The notes beneath the pieces were generated by a model that was not told where the DNA came from, made no database searches, and saw only the letters and a program-made list of their open reading frames with translations. A stretch of DNA of 62,427 bases, counting the filler, from Nemertoderma westbladi (lineage: Eukaryota; Animalia; Xenacoelomorpha), in the NCBI GenBank assembly GCA_032718475.1. It is 3 parts of 3 records of this genome, joined end to end, with 100 filler letters (N's around TTAATTAATTAA, not from the genome) between each part and the next. Parts side by side here need not be neighbours in the genome. Positions count along the whole stretch, not along the records: positions 18,293 to 47,849 come from JAUCBJ010005730.1; 2 more parts are not named here. One strand, given 5' to 3'. Numbering within the stretch: position 1 is the stretch's first letter; every line of letters begins with the position of its first letter. Below are positions 25,001 through 35,576 of the stretch, piece by piece. The position numbers and the translations under genes are program-made.

Positions 25001-28000
25001 GAAGGTGGAATGGTTGTTGGAACTGGGGATAGTGGAATGGTTGTTGGAACTGGGGAAGGTGGAATGGTTGTTGGAGCTGGGGAAGGTGGAATGGTTGTTG
25101 GAACTGGGGATGGTGGAATGGTTGCTGGAACTGGGGAAGATGGAATGGTTGTTGGAACTGGGGAAAGTGGAATGGTTGTTGGAACTGGGGAAGGTGGAAT
25201 GGTTGTTGGAACTGGGGGAGGTGGAGTGGTTGTTGGAACTGGGGATGGTGGAGATGTGGTTGGAACTGGGGAAGGTGGAGTGGTTGTTGGAACTGGGGAA
25301 GGTGGAATGGTTGCTGGAACTGGGGAAGGTGGAATGGTTGTTGGAACTGGGGAAAGTGGAATGGTTGTTGGAACTGGGGAAGATGGAATGGTTGTTGGAA
25401 CTGGGGGAGGTGGAGTGGTTGTTGGAACTGGGGATGGTGGAGATGTGGTTGGAACTGGGGAAGGTGGAGTGGTTGTTGGAACTGGGGAAGGTGGAGTGGT
25501 TGTTGGAACTGGGGAAGGTGGAGTGGTTGTTGGAACTGGGGACGGTGGAGTGGTTGTTGGAGCCGGGGAAGGTGGAGTGGTTGTTGGAACTGGGGAAGGT
25601 GGAGTGGTTGTTGGAACTGGGGAAGGTGGAGTGGTTGTTGGAACTGGGGAAGGTGGAGTGGTTGTTGGAACTGGGGAAGATGGAGTGGTTGTTGGAACTG
25701 GGGAAGGTGGAGATGTCGTTGGAACTGGGGGAGGTGGAATTGTTGTTGGAACTGGGATTGGAACGGGGGAAGGTGGAGATGTGGTTGGAACTGGGGAAGG
25801 TGGGGTGATTGTTGGAACTGGGGAAGGTGGAGTGGTTGTTGGAACTGGGGAAGGTGGAGTGGTTGTTGGAACTGGGGAAGGTGGAGTGGTTGTTGGAACT
25901 GGGGAAGATGGAGTGGTTGTTGGAACTGGGGAAGGTGGAGATGTCGTTGGAACTGGGGGAGGTGGAATTGTTGTTGGAACTGGGATTGGAACGGGGGAAG
26001 GTGGAGATGTGGTTGGAACCGGAGAAGGTGGAATGGTTGCTGGAACGGGGGAAGGTGGAGTGGTTGTTGGAACTGGGGAAGGTGGGGATGTGGTTGGAAC
26101 TGGGGAAGGTGGAATGGTTGTTGAAACTGGGGAAGGTGGAATGGTTGTTGGAACTGGGGAAGGTGGAGTGGTTGCTGGAACAGGGGAAGGTGGAGTGGTT
26201 GTTGGAACTGGGGAAGGTGGGGATGTGGTTGGAACTGGGGAAGGTGGAGTGGTTGTTGGAACTGGGGAAGGTGGAATGGTTGTTGGAACTGGGGAAGGTG
26301 GAGTGGTTGTTGGAACGGGGGAAGGTGGAGTGGTTGTTGGAACGGGGGAAGGAGGAGATGTGGTTGGAACGGGGGAAGGTGGAGATGTGGTTGGAACTGG
26401 GGAAGGTGGGGATGTAGTTGGAACTGGGGATGGTGGAGATGGGGTCGGAACGGGGGAAGGTGGAGATGTGGTTGGAACTGGGGATGATGGTTAAATAAAT
26501 ACCTTTACTTTTTGTATTTATTTGGAAAGGAATCTAATTTTAGTCACCTCATCATTGATCATTTTGACTTCTTGTTGACATGGCAATACACCCCAACTCC
26601 AGCATAGCAAGCTCTAAACTAATAATGCGTGATACAAAATGCTCTACAAAACATGCTGGCAGAACAAAAAATCACTGTTTTATACTAGTTTCTATGAAAC
26701 CAGAACCATTGGTTAAACACCCTATCTCAAACAAATCCCCTTACATTGAATGGCAAAACGCCCTATAATTTTATTTCATCACTTTAATCCCTTTTTCGTC
26801 ATCTCTCACCATCTATTATATTAAGAAAATCTAAGTTAGCCTGTTAAGTTCCCTTAGGACCCATTATCAGCGATTTCTCACAATGTCTTCAATGTTGAAT
26901 TAGGGGAAACGCGTTTAGGTTAATATCTCACAATGTGTTTTTTTAGGATAGGGTGTATTGCCAAACAACGGCAGAATACAGCCTATCTACAGTACAGAAT
27001 GGATTTCTTGCCATGAATAGCACTAAATGTCATTAATACTATCCACCAGTATACCTAGTCCAAGAGCCTTCCAATAAAACATGTATTCCAGCATGACGTC
27101 CACTGCATGTCTTAGTGCTGTCTATGGTGACGTTCAGAGGACGTCATATGTTCTAAGGGGTTAATCTATGCGATCTGATTATAGGTGTAATGCCATTGAC
27201 TAACAACACCTATGCCTACTGCATTTTCTACTTTGTTTGCAGGTGACAGGCAAGAGATTTGTTGATAAGATGAGGGAAGAACGCGCCCCGGCCGAGCTTT
27301 GTGAAGCCATGGAATCCTTCCATCGCGCTTTGGATAATGAACACAAGTTCTTTGCGGAACAAATACACATCAGCATGAAAGATGTTGGAATTAAAAACGC
27401 TAGGTTGATTCGACTTGTGGTTAACAGATGTGAGGTAGGTATTCCTTTAGGTAGAACATACTTGTATTCGGTACACCATGTCCTGTAATGTGTCTTTATT
27501 GATCAGTTACCTACGTACAACATTTTCCTACGACTCTTAATGAGATTGCATGCAATTTGAAATACTGGAGAGTTAGTCACACCGCCGTCCTCCTTACTGG
27601 GTGAGTCAGAATTTTTCTTTTTTACCTTCAATCTTAGCTACTGAAAGCGTTTTAAATAAGATGCAACATTTGGACTCCCATATCTCTGCTAATTGTTCAA
27701 GAAAGTAATCCTTTAAATGGCCAAACACTGCAGTGTACATGGGAATGGTGAAGAAATATCACCCTTTTCAAACGATTGTAGTTAAAGATTGAAAGCGAAA
27801 ATAAAAATTTTGACTCACCCACTGAGGGGAGAGTTGTGAAACCATCTTTATTTCAAATTTCATGTAATCTCATCAAGATTGTTTTAAATTATATATAATA
27901 TATTGGCCTACAAATTTAAAAATGGGGGAAGGGAGTTTCTATTCCGGGACATGGTATAATTATGGGCTGACTCATTTTTGTAAGGAAAAAGTTATATGAA

Positions 28001-31000
28001 AAATCCTTTGGTTTCAAATAATGAGGACACCACTAGACCAAGCAGCAGCTTGGTCTAGTGGTGACATTCCTGGGCTTCCAATTAAGGAACACTGGTTCAG
28101 ACCCTAGATGGGGCAGCACTGTTTGGGCACAGTGCTTTAAATGCTGCAGCCTAGCCCAACCCCGGCTTTCTTCAGTGGTCGATAAATGGGAACCAAGGCA
28201 ACATGGAAAACAGAGTGGAAATATTTACTGTGGAAGATCACCCATGGTGGTAAACAGGTATTCCTTGGCTTAACGAGCCTATAAAGATTCTCCCATTTAT
28301 AATGAGGTTCTATTTGTATCATCACTGATACAGATATATAGATATATAAATTGTGGCGGCGTAATTTTGTCGACAAGCAGGCACAGCATTGTTTATATGT
28401 AATATATATATGTATATATATATATTGCAGCTGCAATACAGCATGCTGATCGTACAGTAGAAGTAGTGTATTCCAGAATTTATTTGAATTAATTTTAAAG
28501 CAATTCACATTCTTATTATTATTTACAATAGATTGATATTGGAGAAATCTGTGATGTTTATCAAGAAGAATTCAACAGAACAGTTATTGAGGACTTGGAA
28601 GAGCACGTAGATACTGAATACACAGTACTGTTAACCGAGTTGGTAAGGAGAGGAATTGAAGCGTCGGCGAGGAAACAAGAATCCGATATAGTTAAACGAA
28701 ACGATTCATCTAAAACTACGGTATCGGTTAGTGCTACAGCAGTGATAGAGACGCACTGCGGTATCGCTTAGTGCGATAGCAGTTATAGAGACGAACTATA
28801 TCGGTTAGTGCGACAGCAGTTATAGAGACGAACTCTATCGCTTAGTGCGATAGCAGTTATAGAGACGAACTATATCGGTTAGTGTGACAACAGTTATAGA
28901 GACGAACTCTATCGGTTAGTGCGACAGCAGTTATAGAGACGAACTCTATCGGTTAGTGCAACAGCAGTTATAGAGACGAACTCTATCGGTTAGTGCGACA
29001 GCAGTTATAGAGACGCACTCTATCGGTTAGTGCGACAGCAGTTATAGAGACGAACTCTATCGGTTAGTGCGACAGCAGTTATAGAGACGAACTCTATCGG
29101 TTAGTGCGATAGCAGTTATAGAGACGAACTCTATTGGTTAGTGCGATAGCAGTTATAGAGACGGTCTCTATCGGTTAGTGCGACAGCAGTGATATAGACG
29201 AATTCTATCGGTAAGTGTGACAGCAGTTATAGAGACGAACTCTATCGGTTAGTGTGGCAGCAGTTATAGAGACGAACTCTATTGGTTAGTGCGACAGCAG
29301 TTATAGAGACGAACTATATCGGTTAGTGTGACAGCAGTTATAGAGACGAACTATATCGGTTAGTGTGACAGCAGTTATAGAGACGAACTCTATCGGTTAG
29401 TGTGACAGCAGTTATAGAGACGAACTCTATCGATTAGTGCAACAGCAGTTATAGAGACGCACTCTATCGGTTAGTGCGACAGCAGTTATAGAGACGATCT
29501 CTATCGGTTAGTGCGACAGCAGTTATAGAGACGATCTCTATCGGTTAGTACGACAGCAGTTATAGAGACGATCTCTATCGGTTAGTGCAACAGCAGTTAT
29601 AGAGACGAACTCTATCGGTTAGTGCAACAGCAGTTATAGAGACGAACTCTAACGGTTAGTGCAACAGCAGTTATAGAGACGAACTCTATAGTGATATAGA
29701 CGAATTCTATCGGTTAGTGTGACAGCAGTTATAGAGACAAACTCTATCGGTTAGTGCGATAGCAGTTATAGAGACGAACTCTATCGGTTAGTGCGACAGC
29801 AGTTATAGAGTCGAACTCAATCGTTTAGTGCGACAGCAGTTATAGAGACGAACTCTATCGGTTAGTGCAACAGCAGTTATAGAGACGAACTCTATCGGTT
29901 CGTGCAACAGCAGTTATAGAGACGAACTCTATCGGTTAGTGCGACAGCAGTTATAGAGACGAACTCTATCGGTTAGTGCAACAGCAGTTATAGAGACGAA
30001 CTCTATCGGTTAGTGTGACAGCAGTTATAGAGACGAACTCTATCGGTTAGTGTGACAGCAGTTATAGTGACGAACTCTATTGGTTAGTGCGACAGCAGTT
30101 ATGGAGACGAACTATATCGGTTAGTGCGACAGCAGTTATAGAGACGAACTCTATCGCTTAGTGCGATAGCAGTTATAGAGACGAGCTATATCGGTTAGTG
30201 TGACATCAGTTATAGAGACGAACTCTATCGGTTAGTGCGACAGCAGTTATAGAGACGAACTCTATCGGTTAGTGCGACAGCAGTTATAGAGACGAACTCT
30301 ATCGCTTAGTGCGATAGCAGTTATAGAGACGAAGTATATCGGTTAGTGTGACAGCAGTTATAGAGACGAACTCTATCGGTTAGTGCGACAGCAGTTATAG
30401 AGACGAACTCTATCGGTTAGTGCAACAGCAGTTATAGAGACGAACTCTATCGGTTAGTGCGACAGCAGTTATAGAGACGCACTCTATCGGTTGGTGCGAC
30501 AGCAGTTATAGAGACGAACTCTATCGGTTAGTGCAACAGCAGTTATAGAGACAAACTCTATCGGTTAGTGCAACAGCAGTTATAGAGACGAACTCTATCG
30601 GTTAGTGCGACAGCAGTTATAGAGACGAACTCTATGGGTTAGTGCGATAGCAGTTATAGAGACGAACTCTATCGGTTAGTGCGACAGCAGTTATAGAGAC
30701 GAACTCTATCGGTTAGTGCAACAGCAGTTATAGAGACGAACTCTACCGGTTAGTGTGACAGCAGTTATAGAGACGAACTCTATCGGTTAGTGTGACAGCA
30801 GTTATAGAGACGAACTCTATTGGTTAGTGCGACAGCAGTTATAGAGACGAACTCTATCGGTTAGTGCGACAGCAGTAATATAGACGCACTACAGTACGGT
30901 ATCGGTTTGTTATATGGCCCTGCCTTAGGAGAGTGAATTAAGTCCAGTGCTAATTTTAAGTTTCCTCCAATCCTGTTAGGTCGATCCTTGGGATCTACCG

Positions 31001-33057
31001 TAGCTCAGTCAGCGACCTATAAAACAGCACACACGCTCATGTTCAAATAGCACACTATGAAATATATTACAGACAGAGCCCTCAATGGCTCAATGATATT
31101 AGCCACTTATAATACAGTATATTGGAGCTATCAGCCACTCTGTTATTTCCAGCTTTTACTACATGGTTTCTGCAATACAGCAATGCTCTTTTTCTGTCAA
31201 GTAATTTTGGGGCGAGCCACGAAGTTGAGCGAGCCTTAGCGAAGTAAAACTGTTAGGAGGTGGAGGTTAAATTTTGCAAATAGTTGTTGTCATTGTCGTC
31301 GTTATCGTTACGATTTTGACATCCTAACTAACTACCGGAATAAAAGCTGTTGAGCTTAGATGAAAAGTTAGATCTGTGTCCCAGCCGAAAACAATAATTT
31401 GCAGAGATTAAATCGGGAAGATGGACTCCATTTCGGTTAACGCTGTATCGCTGTAACCATTATCGCTGTAGACCCATGGAGATGTTGAGGAGCGATGGAG
31501 ACGTGCGTTAAAGTCACCCATTAGAGACAATAATGATTCACTCCATCACTACCTGATTGTAGATTGTGGTATAAATTGTCTACCTCCTCTACTGGGGCAC
31601 GCGCGTGGGTGAATAGCACAACCAAACAGAACCACCTTAGGAAACTTCTTAGACAGTCTTCCAGAACATGAGAAGTGGCAACGGGTGATGCGGTTGGTGA
31701 TTTATTATATTTTGTCCAATGATAAATTCCACAATTTACAATATCATATGATGATGCGAGGGCAAGTCGCCCTCCGTGTCCTTCAGAACCTCATCAGTCT
31801 GTTCAGTCCGCATTCGGACAACACCCACAAGCTTAGGGCTGTTAGCTCGCCATGACCCTACTAGGATCGGCATGCTGCATTGCAGCTGCATTTTTAAGAA
31901 TGCTGTGCCGGCTTGTCGACAAAATTGGGCAGTCATTTCCCAATGAGGACCCAAGTGTTGTGGAATTAACTGAGTCTAGTCTCGTGACTCGCCTCAGTCA
32001 GGTTCAACAATGGAATGGTGGAATATGAGAGTAGCCTCCAAACTCCAGAATCCCTCTCCCCCACGCAATCTGGCCTCCCTGGTGACCCAGGGTTTGGGCC
32101 AGAACGGTCATCAGGAAAGGGAATCACATAATTTTTGGTCGCTATCTATCTCCAGTATGGGGTAAGACAGGCAGTCGGTTAGTAAGATGGTCTATGCAGC
32201 CACAGGTGGAACCTCCTTTATCCTGCATGGAGGTTTTAAGAATCAATGACTTAGATGATTTGACCTGAACTAAAAATATTTTATAAATATTGTATATGTG
32301 TTTAACATCCATAGATTGTATAAATTATAAGTAATTAAACAGGACTAAGGATGATCCAACTCTATAGCAAATGGAGCGGAAAAAATGAATTAGATTTGCT
32401 ATAGAGTTGGATCATCCTTAGTCCTGTTTAATTACTTATAATTTTTATAATTATTTGTATTATTTATTAAAAATATTATATAATAGGTTGATGCAGAATG
32501 TAAAGAGAAACAAATATTAAAACAAGAAGAAAAGGAGTTTGTCAAATATAAATTATTCCAAGGACTGAATAAACCGGAGGATCCTATTATTCCAGGGCTG
32601 GAACGGATACCTTGGATGGCACCACCGTCTAGGAGACGGCTCAAGGACAACCCACTGGCTCGAAGCAACAGGGACCATTACTTAGCCTTGAATAAAATAC
32701 TTACTGAAAGAGCAAGGTAAGTTAGGTTACAGCTCTAGTGTTACGGAGATCTGTAATGTTCGGTTAATGTGGGAACGCCACACCTGTAAGTTCGTGTCAC
32801 AAATTTGTTATCAATTGTCAAGATCTAGTACTATCCTTATAATTTGAAATAATGCCCACTCCACATTTCTCATCCAACTACATATGTTTTATACATATTT
32901 TAAAGTCCTTGCATGGCCAGCTTTCCATCAGTATCAACAGACCAAAAAGAATAACTGTGGTATAAATGGTGAAATATCACCGGCGACTTAAATAAAAATT
33001 TCAACCAATCTCATAGGGATTTTTTATAATTACAGGGAGACCACATACCTGAATTAA
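19009..33057 (+). CDS. Divergent annexin-like protein with C-terminal extension (5' part lost in the gap); exons 19009-19157, 20273-20389, 27243-27434, 28532-28720, 32487-32716, probable last exon 33036-33057
   Basis: All exons have AG/GT ends and compatible phases. Spliced product: YGVSLEEDIEANTAGDFSLFLIALLRG..DAAAFAR|NCEKTWGT..FDNLLSKCSFNQI..|VTGKR..FFAEQIHISMKDVGIKNARLIRLVVNRCE|IDIGEICDVYQEEFNRTVIEDL.., which aligns by eye to annexin repeats 2-4. Confidence 0.85.
20850..21878 (-). CDS. PRPF18: Pre-mRNA splicing factor 18, intronless
   Basis: [29 protein letters not shown] (PRP4-like motif), [55 protein letters not shown]. ATG at 21878. Confidence 0.97.
   Translation of the reverse strand: [342 protein letters not shown]
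22090..22177. mobile_element. Tiny hAT-like MITE with poly-G
   Basis: TIR CAGAGGCGTAGC / GCTACTCCTCTG; flanks CTCTCTCT / CTCTCTAC resemble an 8 bp TSD. Confidence 0.55.
22365..22680 (+). repeat. Dispersed poly-G-headed repeat carrying the monomer precursor of the 37 bp satellite
   Basis: Homologous to 39586-39780 and 39783-40010 (GCGAATTAATATCCC.CCTCAATGTTAAATTCTCAATTT ... CAGCTGTTATTTGCGTC.A.TTTCCCCTGGAGAGG). Confidence 0.85.
23230..23388 (+). mobile_element. RTE-like LINE reverse transcriptase fragment
   Basis: LLRGNQNGFRKGRGTMEPILALRRIIEE..LAVIFVDFFKAFDSVSR. Confidence 0.75.
23395..23765. repeat. ~150 bp tandem repeat (2.5 copies) with (GTCT)n, possibly Helentron/HINE-related
   Basis: TGATTTCATTTCTGATGTCAG..CTAGTCTGTCTGTCTG..TCTCGCTATGGGGGTTTTAAG repeated. 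Confidence 0.6.
23829..26974. mobile_element. Non-autonomous Sola1-like DNA transposon A (28 bp perfect TIR, 4 bp TSD AATA)
   Basis: AATA|CTGCCGTTGTTTGGCAATACACCCTATC ... GATAGGGTGTATTGCCAAACAACGGCAG|AATA; internal repeats of the (GGC)AAAACACCCTAT motif. Confidence 0.85.
24530..26490. repeat. 27 bp G-rich minisatellite (~70 units) inside element A
   Basis: Consensus GGAACTGGGGAAGGTGGA(A/G)TGGTTGTT; the minus strand reads as stop-free PTT(I/T/S)PPSPV repeats. Confidence 0.95.
27535..27877. mobile_element. MITE-like element with long imperfect inverted ends
   Basis: ATGAGATTGCATGCAATTTGAAATA..TGGGTGAGTCAGAATTTT versus AAAATTTTGACTCACCCA..TATTTCAAATTTCATGTAATCTCAT. Confidence 0.6.
28044..28300 (+). 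mobile_element. tRNA-derived SINE
   Basis: A-box TGGTCTAGTGG and B-box GGTTCAGACCC, followed by GGTCGATAAATGGGAACC resembling a conserved SINE central domain. Confidence 0.65.
28721..30890. repeat. 37 bp intronic minisatellite (~58 units) starting at the annexin exon donor
   Basis: Consensus TATCGGTTAGTGCGACAGCAGTTATAGAGACGAACTC, with an internal ATAGAG/CTCTAT hairpin. Confidence 0.95.
32322..32444. repeat. Perfect 51 bp inverted repeat with 21 nt loop
   Basis: AAATTATAAGTAATTAAACAGGACTAAGGATGATCCAACTCTATAGCAAAT and its exact reverse complement at 32394-32444. Confidence 0.95.
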
Positions 33058-34028
33058 TACACTAAATCCCAATTAATTTTTATATTCTCGAATTTTATTT
33101 TTTTCTAACCGTTTCTATAACGTCCCAGTGTTGGAGTTGGTACAGGGCCTAACAACTTTCACTATAGTATTTAATTGCTATAATTACCTGCTAGGATTAA
33201 AAGCTTAATAAATTTTGCTCTTATGTGTCAGTCCGGTACCTAAGCAATGCACATTAAAGTTAAGGCTTCCACTAACCCATCAGCGGTTTGGGAGCCGGGA
33301 TTCTTACTGGTATAAAGTACCAAATTTCATAGCATTTGATTTAAATGGGAACATATTGGTTGTGTGTGGGGAGGGGGAGGGAGTGGGGGGGGGGGGGGGG
33401 GGGGGTGTCGTCGTTAAAGCAAGTGTTTATTACGGGTGATGATAGATCAGTGTAGTTACATCATGCGTGTATAAGGCTGATGGCAGTTCACATGTATTTA
33501 ATAATTTCCAACTTGCGATGCATTGAATTAAGTAGCCAACCACCTAGACTCCACATTATTGCATGTTTGTAACTAATCCAAATATTGGATATATATTATT
33601 TGTTAAGTTTGCAGATCATTTAGCTTTGACTCTTATTGTTTGAAAAATAATTCCTATAATATGCCAATAAGATTGATGAGTATTGACCTGGATCTGGCGT
33701 AATAATAAAATCACATGCCAATACCATAGAGAGAGAAACCCTAAGCTGTATTCAATTTAATTAAATAGTCTTGTGTCATATTATGACTTTAAAGTGTGAA
33801 CATTTTGGATTTATTAATTTCAATTATTTTATTGTACCTATGAAACTGGTGTAGTTGATATAGTTTTAGATTGAAATGGCAATAAAGAACATACTATTTA
33901 CGGACCAAGTATCAATTTTGTTAACCAATTATCGATTCATTGATTTAATAGGATAAATACAGTATCTTTTTAAGAAACTTGAATCAAAGCACTGAGTATA
34001 GCAAAATTTAAGACATTTTTAATAAGAA

Positions 34029-35576
34029 ATGGAAAACAGTTCGGGGGCAAGTGGAAAATTACCTATCTGGCTTTGCAGTTTTCGTATTACCATTGTGGTA
34101 ATGTGTTTCTTCAGCGGTTTCATATTAATCGCATTGAGATCAAATTTGTCGGTAGCTATAGTATGTATGACATCACAGCGTGACAATATCTCATCAGATA
34201 CTACAGCTTCACCAAAAGAAGACAGCAGATGCGGAGTATCTGCTGATCAAGTGGAGAATATTAATGATGGTTTTGACGCTGAGTTTGATTGGTCGAAAGA
34301 GACACAAGGGTTGTTACTTAGTTCCATGTTCTGGGGTTATTGTCTAACTCAAATACCTGGGGGATGGTTGTCGGAGAGATTCAGTGCCAAGTACGTTGTT
34401 CTTGTTGGTCAAATGATGATTAGTATTAGCACCTTAATGGTTCCTATAGCAGCTAGGACAGATTGGAGGATTCTACTGGCAATGCGCTTTATATTGGGAC
34501 TAGGAAGTGGTCTGTGCATACCGGCTGAGTACTTGATACTTGCCAGATGGTGCCCACCTTCTGAAAGAGGGAAACTCTTTGGATTTGCCTATTCTGGGCA
34601 CTTCGCTGGTAGTATTTTTAGTTTATCGGTGTGTGGTCTTCTTTGCCGATATGGGTTTGATGGCGGTTGGCCAAGTATATTTTATATTATGGGAGGAGGT
34701 TGCGTTATTTTCAATTTTCTTTGGTATTTCGTCGTTTTTGATTCTCCTTCACTACATCCCAGATTATCTACAGCAGAAAAAACATTTATTGAAAATTCAT
34801 TTGACGTCAATATATCATTTGAAACGAGAAACGACAAATATGCTACACCATGGAAACAAATTCTAACTTCTGTGCCATTTTGGGCGCTGCTGGTTGTTCA
34901 AACAACTTACGACTATGGAAATTTTGCACTTATGACTCAAATTCCGTCTTACATTAATGAGGTCCTGAATTTTAACATTGAATCAAATGGTCTGTTTTCT
35001 GCTCTGCCGTATATTGGTTTTGTTGTGTTCGCAAATGTTGGAGGGATAATTGCTGATAAACTAATTCAGATTAGATTTCTAACAACAGGACAAGTAAGGA
35101 AGACTTTGGTACTTATCGGCTCTGTATTCCCATCTACTTTGCTAGTCATTATGGCATTTTTATCTTGCGGCCAACACATTGAGGTAGTGATACTGCTTAT
35201 ACTAGGCGTTTCATTTCTCGGCTTTAATTTAGGTGGAGGATTTGTTTGCAATCACGTAGATCTGGCACCTCAATATGCAGGAACACTGATGGGGCTCTGT
35301 AACACATCAGCTGCGATTTCTGGAATTATAGCTCCTTATGTTACGGCTTTGGTTACTCCAGATAAAACTCAAGCTCAATGGCGCACAGCCTTCTATATTT
35401 TAGGCGGTGTCGCAATTTCTGGAGCAATTGTGTTTGCTGTATTTGGGTCTGGAGAAGTCCAATCATGGTCCAAAAATGATTCAAATTCTGGTAGTATAAA
35501 GAACAAAGAAAGTTCAATAGTTCATGAAAATATTGCGAAAAATAATATTGATCAGTTGGAAGTAACATATTTATAA
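34029..35576 (+). CDS. SLC17 (sialin-like) MFS anion:cation symporter, intronless
   Basis: LRSNLSVAIVCM, FDWSKETQGLLLSSMFWGY..TQIPGG, WCPPSERG, GWPSIFY, PSLHPRLS..EK and DLAPQYAGTLMG; about 12 hydrophobic segments. Confidence 0.93.
   Translation: MENSSGASGKLPIWLCSFRITIVVMCFFSGFILIALRSNLSVAIVCMTSQRDNISSDTTASPKEDSRCGVSADQVENINDGFDAEFDWSKETQGLLLSSMFWGYCLTQIPGGWLSERFSAKYVVLVGQMMISISTLMVPIAARTDWRILLAMRFILGLGSGLCIPAEYLILARWCPPSERGKLFGFAYSGHFAGSIFSLSVCGLLCRYGFDGGWPSIFYIMGGGCVIFNFLWYFVVFDSPSLHPRLSTAEKTFIENSFDVNISFETRNDKYATPWKQILTSVPFWALLVVQTTYDYGNFALMTQIPSYINEVLNFNIESNGLFSALPYIGFVVFANVGGIIADKLIQIRFLTTGQVRKTLVLIGSVFPSTLLVIMAFLSCGQHIEVVILLILGVSFLGFNLGGGFVCNHVDLAPQYAGTLMGLCNTSAAISGIIAPYVTALVTPDKTQAQWRTAFYILGGVAISGAIVFAVFGSGEVQSWSKNDSNSGSIKNKESSIVHENIAKNNIDQLEVTYL

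Noticed and set aside
24455-26494. Plus-strand Gly/Val-rich and LELGKVEW ORFs
   Set aside because: Translations of the 27 bp minisatellite inside a TIR element; no independent gene evidence.
28721-30890. CRISPR-like array
   Set aside because: No spacers; variation is limited to point substitutions in a contiguous intronic minisatellite.
31755-31830. Possible hammerhead ribozyme on the minus strand (CTGATGAG-stem)
   Set aside because: The required GAAA core is absent and stem I is not evident; at best a decayed relic. An Infernal search would be needed.
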